Below, in pieces: positions 9,625-18,797 of a DNA stretch of 64,000 nucleotides. Within the stretch, counting starts at the first letter, position 1, and each line of letters opens with the position of its first letter. This stretch comes from an uncultured Nitrospira sp. (GTDB lineage: Bacteria; Nitrospirota; Nitrospiria; Nitrospirales; Nitrospiraceae). A program made the position numbers and the translations under genes. The notes under the pieces were generated by a model. That model was not told the DNA's origin and did not search any database. It saw only the letters and a list, made by a program, of their open reading frames with translations. The DNA is taken from assembly GCA_964435885.1 (NCBI GenBank), contig CAYTAS010000008.1, forward strand, positions 5,953 through 69,952. The letters run 5' to 3'.

Positions 9625-10440
9625 TCAGGTCTCCCTTGAACGACGTGCGGTCATCATCTCGGCATACACAGCTTTCAGGTTGTCATCGGCGACATCGGTG
9701 ATGCCTTGAGCAGTCACAAACTTGGCGGTCGGATAGATCCCCCGTATGAGGTCCGGTCCACCTGTCCCGACATCGTCATCCGCGGCATTGTAGAGCGATA
9801 GCAAGCCCAGCCGGAGCGCATCAGCATCTGAAAGATTCTTCCGAAAATGCTCTCGCATCGTATTGCGGGCGTCTTTCCCGCCGGAACCGATGGCATGGTA
9901 GTCGGATTCCTCGTATCTCCCACCCGTGATATCGTACTTGAAGATGCGCCCTTCCTCGCGTTTGACGTCGTACCCGACATACAGCGGCATCACCACCAGC
10001 CCCTGGAACACCATCGGGAGATTCGCTTTGACCATCTGCCCAAGCTTATTGGCCTTTCCTTCGCACGACAACACCGTCCCTTCCAGTTTCTCGTAGTGCT
10101 CCAGCTCGGTCTGAAACAATTTGGCCATCTCGATGCAAGGCCCGGCCGCTCCGGCAATCGCCATCGCCGACCATTCATCGATCTTGAACACCTTCTCAAT
10201 ACGGCGATCCGCGATCTGAAATCCCTCCGTCGCTCGACGATCTCCGGCGATCACGATACCATCGCGATACTTGATCGCCAACACCGTCGTCGCGTACGGC
10301 ACGGCCATGGGCCCGACGGTTCGCATCTGGTCCGATGTCTGGATCGAGCCATGCCCCCCCGGCGTCAATCCCGGGTAATGTTTGGTGAGAAAATCGAAAA
10401 AACTGGAGTCGTCGTGATCGGGAAGATACGGCAGCTTCAT
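9625..10440 (-). CDS. prcB: 20S proteasome beta subunit (propeptide plus Thr1)
   Basis: TTVLAIKYRDGIVIAGDRRAT, EKVFKID, GSGG. Start moved to ATG 10440 (MKLPYL). Confidence 0.95.
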   Translation of the reverse strand: MKLPYLPDHDDSSFFDFLTKHYPGLTPGGHGSIQTSDQMRTVGPMAVPYATTVLAIKYRDGIVIAGDRRATEGFQIADRRIEKVFKIDEWSAMAIAGAAGPCIEMAKLFQTELEHYEKLEGTVLSCEGKANKLGQMVKANLPMVFQGLVVMPLYVGYDVKREEGRIFKYDITGGRYEESDYHAIGSGGKDARNTMREHFRKNLSDADALRLGLLSLYNAADDDVGTGGPDLIRGIYPTAKFVTAQGITDVADDNLKAVYAEMMTARRSRET

Positions 10441-10462
10441 CGTGATCTTAGGCCACCATCTC

Positions 10463-11962
10463 TCACACCTGGAGTCTTTCGAGCAAATCATCGATCGAAT
10501 CTGCGGTATCCAACAGTTCTCGTGTCAACGATTGCGTGCCGCGATGCGGATCCATCAGCGGCACTTTCTTGATGGTGTCATTGCCGACATGGAACAGGAC
10601 GGACGTCCAACTCGCGCCGTAGAGCGCATTCGAGAATTTCCGCACACAGCGCCCACGAAAATAGGCGCGTGTTCCGATCGGAGGATTGAGCTCAGCCCGC
10701 TGAACCTCCTCTTCCTCAACGATTCGATCAATGAGGCGACCCCGTTCTAGCGTATAAAATAACCCTTTCTCGGGACGGACATCGTGGTACTGGAGATCCA
10801 TCAGTTTCATTCGTGGGTCACCCCACCCGCACCCTTTGCGCTCCATATAGGACTCGATCAGATAACGCTTGGCCACCCAATCCAACTCCTTCACGAGTAG
10901 CCGCGGGTCGCGTTCCAGTCTGTTCAACACATCATCCCAACGGACCAGCACATCCTGCGTGGCGGCTGTGCAGGGATGGCCGGTATAAAAAGTCTGGGCG
11001 GCTTTCAGGTAGGCTCGCTGAATCGCAATCGCCGTGGTCGGCCTTCCACCGACCAGCTTCACCGTCTGCTTCACATCAAGGTCGCGCGAAACTTGCTTGA
11101 ACACCCGAACCGGCTCATCAAGTTCCAACTGAGGCATGTCGGCTCTACCTTCAAGCAACTCCAACACGATATCCAACGTTCCTACCTTCAGATAGGTGGA
11201 AACTTCGGCCATGTTGGCATCACCCGTGATGACATGCAATCTTCGAAATCGCGCCGCATCGGCATGTGGTTCGTCCCGCGTGTTAATGATCGGACGCTTG
11301 ACCATCGTATTGAGGTCCATGAGACACTCAAAGAAGTCTGCGCGCTGCGAAATTTGATATTCCGCCGGACTGGTCTGGTTTTCCGCGCCGACTTTTCCCG
11401 CTCCGGCAAAGATCGGCCGAGTTACCAGGAATGGGGTCAACACCCGTGCGATCTTGTCAAACGACACGGCCCGGGAAACCAGGTAGTTTTCATGATATCC
11501 ATAGCTGTTGCCTTTGCCGTCTGAATTATTCTTGTATAAAAGACACTGCTCGCTCCCCCTCACTCGAGCCATCTCCTGAAGACTCTTCGCCAGGATTCGC
11601 TCTCCCACACGCTCAAATGCTACAACCTCGCGGGCAGTTGAACATTCCGGCGTCGAATACTCCGGGTGGGCTCCATCGACGTACAAGCGCCCCCCGTTCG
11701 CCAGTACTTTATTCAATTGCCGGTTATAGTCGGGATTGGGACGCTCTCGTTCGCCATCGACTTCAAAGCCCCGAGCATCCAGGAGAGGATTCTCGTTTTC
11801 ATAATCCCAGATCGCTCCGGGCGCCGGCAAATCAGGGTAGTGGCCGATCACGGCCAAAGAAGCGGAGACAGGGTCTATCGCGGACCCGTCCTTTGCGGCA
11901 ATGCCAAACTCCGTCTCAGTGCCGACGACCCGTACACGGTTCGTTGGAGTGTATTCTTGCAT
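10463..11962 (-). CDS. dop: Pup deamidase/depupylase
   Basis: VVGTETEFG, NGGRLYVDGAHPEYSTPEC, SYGYHENY, RRLHVITGDANM. Start moved to 11962. Confidence 0.92.
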   Translation of the reverse strand: MQEYTPTNRVRVVGTETEFGIAAKDGSAIDPVSASLAVIGHYPDLPAPGAIWDYENENPLLDARGFEVDGERERPNPDYNRQLNKVLANGGRLYVDGAHPEYSTPECSTAREVVAFERVGERILAKSLQEMARVRGSEQCLLYKNNSDGKGNSYGYHENYLVSRAVSFDKIARVLTPFLVTRPIFAGAGKVGAENQTSPAEYQISQRADFFECLMDLNTMVKRPIINTRDEPHADAARFRRLHVITGDANMAEVSTYLKVGTLDIVLELLEGRADMPQLELDEPVRVFKQVSRDLDVKQTVKLVGGRPTTAIAIQRAYLKAAQTFYTGHPCTAATQDVLVRWDDVLNRLERDPRLLVKELDWVAKRYLIESYMERKGCGWGDPRMKLMDLQYHDVRPEKGLFYTLERGRLIDRIVEEEEVQRAELNPPIGTRAYFRGRCVRKFSNALYGASWTSVLFHVGNDTIKKVPLMDPHRGTQSLTRELLDTADSIDDLLERLQV

Positions 11963-11969
11963 ACGATCG

Positions 11970-13739
11970 CTAGAGATAATGGCCGGTGCTGATGGTTTCA
12001 ATTTGCCGATGTTCCGCCGGCCCGCCGCTGATGGTCCGGATGTGAACGATCTTTTCACCTTTCTTGCCGGCGACTTTCGCCCAATCATCCGGATTGGTCG
12101 TGTTAGGAAGGTCCTCGTGCTCCTTGAACTCTTCGCGAATGGCGCGTATCAAGTCGTCTGAACGCAGGCCCGAACCTTCTTGCGCGATCACACGCTTCAC
12201 GGCAAACTTCTTCGCGCGCGAGACGATCCCTTCGATCAGCGCCCCGCTGGCAAAGTCCCGGAAGTAGAGCACTTCCTTTTCACCGTTCGCATACGTCACT
12301 TCGATGAACTTGTTTTCCTCGCTGGCCGCATACATCGTTTCGACCGTCACCGATGTTAATCGATCAACGAGGGCCTGTCGATCTCCTCCATGTCGCGCTA
12401 AATCCTCATCGGCGAACGGGAGATCCGTCGAGATATATTTCGAAAAAATGTCTCGTGCCGCCGTGGCATCCGGCCTTCCCACTTTGACCTTGACGTCCAA
12501 TCGGCCCGCACGAAGCACGGCAGGATCGATCAAGTCCTGGCGATTACTTGCCCCGATGACGATGACATTCCGCAACCGCTCTACCCCATCGATCTCGGAG
12601 AGGAATTGGGGAACGATCGTGGACTCAATGTCCGACGAGATCCCCGTCCCGCGAGTCCGAAACAGCGCGTCCATCTCATCGAAAAAGACGATCACCGGAT
12701 GGCCGTCCTCGGCCCGTTCTTTTGCCTTTTTGAAGACCTCCCGCACCTGTCGTTCCGATTCACCCACGTACTTATTCAGCAGTTCGGGTCCTTTGACATG
12801 GAGAAAGTAACTCCGAATTTCTTTACCGGCTCGATGGCCCAATTTCTTGGCGATCGAGTTCGCCACGGCTTTCGCAATCAGTGTCTTTCCGCAACCAGGC
12901 GGACCATAGAGCAGAACTCCTTTGGGCGCGCTGAGTTTATACTCGGAAAACACCTGTGGATGCAGGAACGGCAGTTCGACGGCATCGCGCACGTGTTCTA
13001 ATTCCTTTTGAAGACCGCCGATATGCTCGTAGTCGACGTCAGGAACCTCTTCTAATACGAGCTCCGCCGCTTCGGACTTCGGCAACTTTTCGATCACATA
13101 GCCTGAACGGGAATCATACAGGAGATGATCCCCGACGCTCAGCCGTTCCGCCAGCAGCGGATCACCCAACTCGGCCACTTTCTCTTCATCGAAATGGAGC
13201 GTCACGAGGGCCCGCCCCCCCTCCAGCACGTCTTTGAGTCGAACGACCTCGCCCTGACTATCGAATCCCTTCACCTCGATCACATTGAGCGCTTCATTGA
13301 GAACAACTTCTCGTCCCTTACGCAACTCCGTCGGCCTGATCGAGGGATGGAGACTGACCTTCATTTTCCGTCCCGACACATACACATTGCCGGTTCCGTC
13401 GGCGTTCATGCTTGAAAAAATGGCATACGCCGACGGCGGCGCCGTCAGTTTTTCAACTTCAGTCCGGAGCGCCTCGATCTGGGCCTTTGCTTCCTGCAGC
13501 GTTGCGGCAAGCCTTTCGTTTTGCTTATTGGCTTGATCGAGTTGATGTCGTGACTGATACAATCGACGAATCTCTTCTTCCATCGACTGAATCTGGACAC
13601 GCAGTTTGTCCACTTCCCGAGTGTGTTCGTCGTTCTTAGGGATCATCTCTCCTTCACCCTCAGACAGCCGATTCCTCATCTTCTTGACGGAATCTCGGAG
13701 GGACCGGAGTCGATTTGGCTGACCCTTGTTTTCCGCCAT
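11970..13739 (-). CDS. arc: Proteasome-associated AAA ATPase (ARC/Mpa)
   Basis: N-terminal coiled coil, GPPGCGKT, KGPELLNKYVGE, FFDEMD, and C-terminal GHYL docking motif. Confidence 0.95.
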   Translation of the reverse strand: MAENKGQPNRLRSLRDSVKKMRNRLSEGEGEMIPKNDEHTREVDKLRVQIQSMEEEIRRLYQSRHQLDQANKQNERLAATLQEAKAQIEALRTEVEKLTAPPSAYAIFSSMNADGTGNVYVSGRKMKVSLHPSIRPTELRKGREVVLNEALNVIEVKGFDSQGEVVRLKDVLEGGRALVTLHFDEEKVAELGDPLLAERLSVGDHLLYDSRSGYVIEKLPKSEAAELVLEEVPDVDYEHIGGLQKELEHVRDAVELPFLHPQVFSEYKLSAPKGVLLYGPPGCGKTLIAKAVANSIAKKLGHRAGKEIRSYFLHVKGPELLNKYVGESERQVREVFKKAKERAEDGHPVIVFFDEMDALFRTRGTGISSDIESTIVPQFLSEIDGVERLRNVIVIGASNRQDLIDPAVLRAGRLDVKVKVGRPDATAARDIFSKYISTDLPFADEDLARHGGDRQALVDRLTSVTVETMYAASEENKFIEVTYANGEKEVLYFRDFASGALIEGIVSRAKKFAVKRVIAQEGSGLRSDDLIRAIREEFKEHEDLPNTTNPDDWAKVAGKKGEKIVHIRTISGGPAEHRQIETISTGHYL

Positions 13740-13798
13740 ATCGAAACGACAAGGTGATTCGCGACATCGGATGGACCGCGGAATGATCTGGTTTTTGG

Positions 13799-13827
13799 AT
13801 TCTAACACCCGACCTAGGGGTGGTCAA
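13799..13827 (-). promoter_or_regulatory. Sigma-70 promoter of the proteasome operon
   Basis: TTGACC-17 nt-TAGAAT with TGn extension. Confidence 0.7.
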
Positions 13828-13879
13828 CTCCAACGGGCGATCTCGCGCGATTCATGCGCACGCCAAGCGGTTCAACGGC

Positions 13880-14506
13880 TCACATCTTCAACGCGCAGGT
13901 GAACTCACGGACAGCTGCGTCGATATCGTTGCGTGTCAACAGCGCTCCGATGACGGCAACTCCGTGTGCACCGGCATGACGAACCGAATGGACCCGCTCG
14001 CACGTGATTCCCCCGATGGCAAAGACCGGGGTAGACGAGTTGCGACAGACATCGGTCAGCAGATTGAGTCCAAGGGGGGGACCAAAGGAACGTTTGGAGG
14101 GAGTGTCGAAGATAGGACCAAACACGACGTAGTCGGCGCCGTCGTCACCCGCGCGACGCACATCTTCCGCCGAATGAGCAGAGACACCGATCAGTCTCTG
14201 GGGACCGACGATCCGGCGCACGAATCGAGCCGATAAACTATCAGCCCGCAAATGAACGCCTTGCAGGTCAAGCGCCATCGCGAGATCCACTCGATCATTC
14301 ACGATCAACGAGACAGCGTTCGGTGTCGTCATGGCTTGAGCCGCTCCCGCCAACGAGAGGAGTTCTCCGGTTGAGAGATCGCGCTCTCTCAACTGAATGG
14401 CCCGCACACCGGCCTGGATTGCGTCCTGAAGCGCTTCTAACAGGGAGCGCCCTTGAACTTGGTGACGATCAGTGACCAGGAGCAACCGAAAATCTACTGG
14501 AGGCAT
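13880..14506 (-). CDS. thiE: Thiamine-phosphate synthase
   Basis: IQLRER, IVNDRVDLA, GVHL, IGVSAH, DYVVFGPIFDTPSK, AIGGI. Confidence 0.92.
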   Translation of the reverse strand: MPPVDFRLLLVTDRHQVQGRSLLEALQDAIQAGVRAIQLRERDLSTGELLSLAGAAQAMTTPNAVSLIVNDRVDLAMALDLQGVHLRADSLSARFVRRIVGPQRLIGVSAHSAEDVRRAGDDGADYVVFGPIFDTPSKRSFGPPLGLNLLTDVCRNSSTPVFAIGGITCERVHSVRHAGAHGVAVIGALLTRNDIDAAVREFTCALKM

Positions 14507-14517
14507 CAGTAGAAGAT

Positions 14518-14626
14518 TGAGACCGAAGTACTGGGTACTGAGATCGTTGAACGCTGCCCATGCAAATCGCTCTTGCCATTTCTCTTATTATTGACCAAAC
14601 TCTGCACTCCACACTCCCTACCGTTC
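14518..14626. repeat. Paired inverted period-7 degenerate repeats in the thiG-thiE spacer
   Basis: TGAGACC/GAAGTAC/TGGGTAC/TGAGATC from 14518 and ACTCTGC/ACTCCAC/ACTCCCT from 14599. Confidence 0.55.
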
Positions 14627-14630
14627 GCTT

Positions 14631-15404
14631 TCAGAGCATCCCCTCAATTGGGCTGCTGGCTGTCGCGTAGAGCTTTCTCGGAATGCGGCCAGCCTTGTAG
14701 GCGAGCCGCCCGGCATGAACGGCATACTTCATCGCCTCCGCCATGGCAATCGGATCCTGCGCCCCTGCAATGGCAGTATTCATGAGCACGGCATCGGCGC
14801 CGTACTCCATGGCCAAGGCGGCATCCGAGGCGGTTCCGACACCGGCATCGACGATAATGGGCACGTTGACGGTTTCCATGATGATTTTCAGATTGTACGG
14901 GTTACGAATGCCGAGTCCGGATCCGATGGGAGCAGCCAAGGGCATGACGGCTGGACACCCGATATCCACAAGCTTCTTGGCGACGATCGGATCGTCATTC
15001 GTGTATGGCAGGACAATGAATCCTTCCCTAATAAGGATCTTGGCGGCTTCAATCAAGCCTGCCGTATCCGGAAACAATGTCCTCTCGTCGCCGAGCACTT
15101 CCAACTTCACTAAGTCAGAGACCCCGGCGGCTCGAGCCAATCGCGAATATCGCACCGCATCTTCCACGGTGTAGCAGCCGGCAGTATTGGGAAGGATGGT
15201 GTACTTCTTCGGATCGATATAATCGAGCAAATTCTCTTTTGACCGATCCGTGATATTCACACGGCGAACCGCCACGGTCACGACATCGGCGCCCGACACT
15301 TCAATCGCCTTTTGTGTTTCAGCAAAATCTTTATATTTCCCAGTCCCAACCCATAACCTGGACTTGAATTCACGCCCAGCAATAATCAGCCGATCATCCG
15401 CCAT
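14631..15404 (-). CDS. thiG: Thiazole synthase
   Basis: [43 protein letters not shown]. Confidence 0.97.
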   Translation of the reverse strand: MADDRLIIAGREFKSRLWVGTGKYKDFAETQKAIEVSGADVVTVAVRRVNITDRSKENLLDYIDPKKYTILPNTAGCYTVEDAVRYSRLARAAGVSDLVKLEVLGDERTLFPDTAGLIEAAKILIREGFIVLPYTNDDPIVAKKLVDIGCPAVMPLAAPIGSGLGIRNPYNLKIIMETVNVPIIVDAGVGTASDAALAMEYGADAVLMNTAIAGAQDPIAMAEAMKYAVHAGRLAYKAGRIPRKLYATASSPIEGML

Positions 15405-15413
15405 CTTGTCCTC

Positions 15414-15632
15414 TTAACATGACCCGCCGCCGATAAAACTCAGAATTTCAACCCGGTCTCCATCCTTGAGTGACCGTTGATCGAACGTCGCGCGATCGAG
15501 GATTTCCAGATTCAGCTCCACCGCGACTCGTTCTGTTTTGATCTCGAGTTCGCGTAACAGATCGGCAACCGTTGCCCCAACCCGCGTGATTCGGGTATCA
15601 CCGTTCACATAAATCTCAATAGTAGCTTCCAC
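15414..15632 (-). CDS. thiS: Sulfur carrier ThiS with a C-terminal Ser-Cys extension
   Basis: VNGD...VAVELNLEI...GDRVEILSFIGGGSC*. Directly upstream of thiG; GTG start proposed at 15632. Confidence 0.9.
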   Translation of the reverse strand: MEATIEIYVNGDTRITRVGATVADLLRELEIKTERVAVELNLEILDRATFDQRSLKDGDRVEILSFIGGGSC

Positions 15633-15639
15633 AGCTGTC

Positions 15640-15669
15640 ATCCTATGAGACGGGAATCCGGCTTGTCAA
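15640..15669 (-). promoter_or_regulatory. Sigma-70 promoter of thiS-thiG-thiE
   Basis: TTGACA-18 nt-TAGGAT; the -10 overlaps the ORF-track ATG at 15641. Confidence 0.6.
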
Positions 15670-15719
15670 CGAAGGCCTCTTGCCTGGCACATCGAGAAAA
15701 CCGCACAATAGGTCCCATT

Positions 15720-16190
15720 ATGAAACAACAGAACCTCCAGCTCGCCGGTATCTTCCGCTCGATGGCCGACCTCCTGTCGTCTCAACGAGCGAATCCCTAT
15801 CGAGTGCGGGCCTATCGTCGCGCTGCGGACTCGCTGCTTGCATTGGATGAAGACGTAGCAACCCTTGCGGAGCGCCAGACACTTGAGGAGATTGACGGGA
15901 TCGGGACAGACCTGGCGAAAAAAGTCGAAGAGTTTCTCGCGACGGGAACCATCCGTGCCTATGAAGAGCTTAAGACCCCTCTCCCACCGGAAGTCCAGGA
16001 CTGGGCGACGCTTCCTGGACTCTCCGATTCACTTGTGATTTACCTCTACTTCCGACTGAGGATTCGGACGCTTACAGATCTCGATCAACTCGTCCGATCA
16101 CACCTGATACGAACGTTGCCGAATTTTTCGGGTTCGGAAGAACAGTTGCTGCGGGCCGTTCAACAACGCATACGGACTTCCAACCCCTAG
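15720..16190 (+). CDS. Stand-alone N-terminal (8 kDa/HhH) fragment of an X-family DNA polymerase
   Basis: NPYRVRAYRRAA and IDGIGTDLAKKVEEFLATGTI; 156 aa with a clean stop and no palm or PHP domain. Confidence 0.8.
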   Translation: MKQQNLQLAGIFRSMADLLSSQRANPYRVRAYRRAADSLLALDEDVATLAERQTLEEIDGIGTDLAKKVEEFLATGTIRAYEELKTPLPPEVQDWATLPGLSDSLVIYLYFRLRIRTLTDLDQLVRSHLIRTLPNFSGSEEQLLRAVQQRIRTSNP

Positions 16191-17545
16191 GAGACCTTCA
16201 GTTCCTTGAATATCTTCCAGCTCTTCAACAACTCCACCGCCTTCTGCAGCTGGATATCCTGTTCAAGCGAGAGCTCCCCTTCCACGGGCAACGAGGGTGG
16301 ACTCGTTCCGTTTTTGGAACCAGCCTCGTCCGGAGACAACTTTCCATCTTGGGGTAAGACATCCTTGCCGACCGGAGGTTTGCCCGCCTTCCCCTCTGCT
16401 TCCTTCTCGCCGGATTTACCCTCAGCTGCTTTCGCCTGGGAGGAGTTGGGTAGTTTCACCACAATGTCCGGAGTAATCCCCGTTGACTGAATAGACCGAC
16501 CTTTTGGCGTATAGTATTTAGCCGTCGTGAGACGAAGTCCCGAGCCATCCCCCAAAGCCAGGATTGTCTGCACAGATCCTTTTCCGAACGACGTATTCCC
16601 TACCACGACCGCTCGCCCCCAATCTTGGAGTGCCCCGGCCACGATCTCCGACGCACTTGCCGACCCCTCGTTGACCAGGACGATCACCGGAAGATCTTCC
16701 AGTTGGTCTTTGGACTTGGCAAGCCACTCGTCCTTTTTCCCTTCACGACTTTTGGTATAGACCACCAACTTGCCGCTGGGGAGAAATTGTTCGGACACAT
16801 CGACGGCTGCGGTCAATAGACCGCCCGGATTATTTCGTAGATCGAGAATCGCGCCTTGCACTTTCTGGTCACGAAACTGCTTGATGACTTTGGCGAGATC
16901 TCGTCCGGTTGCTTCTTGAAACTGCGTCAGCCGGACATAGCCAAGATTGTCGATCATCTTTGACTTCACGCTTTCTATCTTGATGGTGTCCCGGACAAGG
17001 GTGAAGACCAACGGCTCCGGTGCACCGTCTCGTTGGATGGTCAAGTGGACTTTACTGCCCTTCGGCCCTCGCATCTTGGTGACGGCGTCCATCAAAGTCA
17101 GATCTTTGGTCGGATCGTCATTGACCTTGATGATGAAATCGCCGGCCTTGATGCCGGCGCGATACGCGGGCGTCCCTTCTATCGGAGCGATGACCGACAA
17201 ACGGTTGTCCTTGACTCCGATTTGAATGCCGACTCCTCCGAATTCTCCTCTGGTCTCAACCTGCATTTCCTTGTACATCTCAGGGGTCATGTAGGCTGAG
17301 TGCGGATCGAGCGTCGCCAACATGCCGCGAATGGCGCCTTGAATGAGGTCTTTGGGCTTCGTCTCTTCAACATAATGTTTTTGAACCTGATTGAGCACTT
17401 CAGAAAATGTCTTAAGCTCCTCGTAGGTTTCGCTCGCGTGTCCGGTCCGCTCCCATCCTTTTCCAATGACGACTCCACAGAGCAGGGCGAGTGCGATCAT
17501 CGGCCCGACTACCCAAGAGTTCCGCCGCGGCTGCTGTTCCATCAT
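16187..17545 (-). CDS. ctpA: C-terminal processing protease, S41 family
   Basis: LDPHSAY, PDZ GGVGIQIG, DLRNNPGG, SASASEIVAGALQD, SFGKGSVQ. Confidence 0.93.
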   Translation of the reverse strand: MMEQQPRRNSWVVGPMIALALLCGVVIGKGWERTGHASETYEELKTFSEVLNQVQKHYVEETKPKDLIQGAIRGMLATLDPHSAYMTPEMYKEMQVETRGEFGGVGIQIGVKDNRLSVIAPIEGTPAYRAGIKAGDFIIKVNDDPTKDLTLMDAVTKMRGPKGSKVHLTIQRDGAPEPLVFTLVRDTIKIESVKSKMIDNLGYVRLTQFQEATGRDLAKVIKQFRDQKVQGAILDLRNNPGGLLTAAVDVSEQFLPSGKLVVYTKSREGKKDEWLAKSKDQLEDLPVIVLVNEGSASASEIVAGALQDWGRAVVVGNTSFGKGSVQTILALGDGSGLRLTTAKYYTPKGRSIQSTGITPDIVVKLPNSSQAKAAEGKSGEKEAEGKAGKPPVGKDVLPQDGKLSPDEAGSKNGTSPPSLPVEGELSLEQDIQLQKAVELLKSWKIFKELKVS

Positions 17546-17609
17546 TGTGATTCCCCTTCTTTCCTAGGTCATCCGACGGTTCGACCACCAAACGCCGGCG
17601 AAAACTGAC

Positions 17610-18797
17610 TCATCGCTTCGCCAGCCAGTGAAGCGGATCGACCGGCTCGGCTCCTTCACGCAACTCAAAGTATAATGTATTTTCTCCGATCATGCCCGTA
17701 TCCCCGGTCTCTCCGATTGCTTGGCCTTCGACGACTTGTTCGCCGACGACGGCCAGTATTTTCGAAGCATGCGCATAGAGTGAAAAGAAGCCGTTGGCAT
17801 GATCCAAGATTATAACGAGTCCATACCCTTTCAGCCAGTCTGCGTAGACCACGCTCCCGGGCATGACTGCATGAATCAAACTGCCCTCCGTGGCTCTAAT
17901 CTCGATTCCTTTTCGCTGAACATAGGTATCGAACGTCGGGTGCTTCTGACGTCCAAAGAACGAGACGATCTTGCCCTCGACCGGCCACGGCAACATGCCC
18001 CTGATACCACGCGGCGGCGGTGGCGACAACGTCGTCGGTGGGCTCATCGCCATCATCCGCCGACGCGTTTCCAGTTCGTGCAACAGACCGTCCAATCGCG
18101 AAGCGGATCGCTCCAGCTCCTTCACGGCTCGATGATAGGAATCTTTCTTATGCCTGATCTTTGCAAGATACCCTTTCTTTTCTTTTTGAAGGACTCGGAT
18201 GTCCGTGAGTTTTTTTTCAATGTTTTGCTTGAAGGCAACCATTCCGGCTCTGGCCTCAGCGCGCTGACGTTCAGCTTCCTCCATACGAACCATATCGGTC
18301 CGGAAGGACTCGAGCAACTCATAGTCCTTTTGCGAGACAGTAGAAAGATATTGCGCTCGGCGCTGAAGATCTCCATACGAATCGGATGTTAAGAGCGCCT
18401 TCACATGACCAAACCGCCCTTCCATATATTGCACCCGAAGCCGTGAGAGAATCGCCTCGCGTCTGGCCTGGATGCCGGTTCGCATCGCCACGAGCTGTTC
18501 CGTAATCTCTTCAATTTCTCGGTCTTTTTGCCGAAGTTTCTGCTTGATATCCCGATGATCCTGTCGATGGCGAATCATTCGTTCATCCAGCGATTGGATG
18601 CCTTGGAGCACCGATTCCCACTTTTTTTCCGCTTCGTCCGCGCGCTTCCGTTTTTCTTGTATCTTGTCCTTCAACGCTTCGAGGGTCTTTCGTTGGCGTT
18701 CGATCTTTTCAGAAATTGAATCGTCCGCCCCTCCCGCAACCGATGCCGCTCCACCGAGCGCCGCACAACAGAGCAGGATAGACCACAAGATTTTCAT
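17610..18797 (-). CDS. envC: Murein hydrolase activator EnvC-like (coiled coil plus degenerate M23)
   Basis: Long coiled coil, LPWPVEG, degenerate LytM (RKGIEI, LYFELR); follows ftsX with ATGA overlap. Confidence 0.82.
   Translation of the reverse strand: MKILWSILLCCAALGGAASVAGGADDSISEKIERQRKTLEALKDKIQEKRKRADEAEKKWESVLQGIQSLDERMIRHRQDHRDIKQKLRQKDREIEEITEQLVAMRTGIQARREAILSRLRVQYMEGRFGHVKALLTSDSYGDLQRRAQYLSTVSQKDYELLESFRTDMVRMEEAERQRAEARAGMVAFKQNIEKKLTDIRVLQKEKKGYLAKIRHKKDSYHRAVKELERSASRLDGLLHELETRRRMMAMSPPTTLSPPPPRGIRGMLPWPVEGKIVSFFGRQKHPTFDTYVQRKGIEIRATEGSLIHAVMPGSVVYADWLKGYGLVIILDHANGFFSLYAHASKILAVVGEQVVEGQAIGETGDTGMIGENTLYFELREGAEPVDPLHWLAKR

Noticed and set aside
12088-13808. ORF-track upstream starts for arc, dop, prcB, envC, uvrB, treS and treT
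   Set aside because: The extensions overlap neighbouring genes or promoters; downstream starts have an RBS or stop-start coupling and match family N-termini.
15633-15720. TPP riboswitch upstream of thiS-thiG-thiE
   Set aside because: The spacer is short, filled by two promoters, and lacks the GGGG/CUGAGA core.
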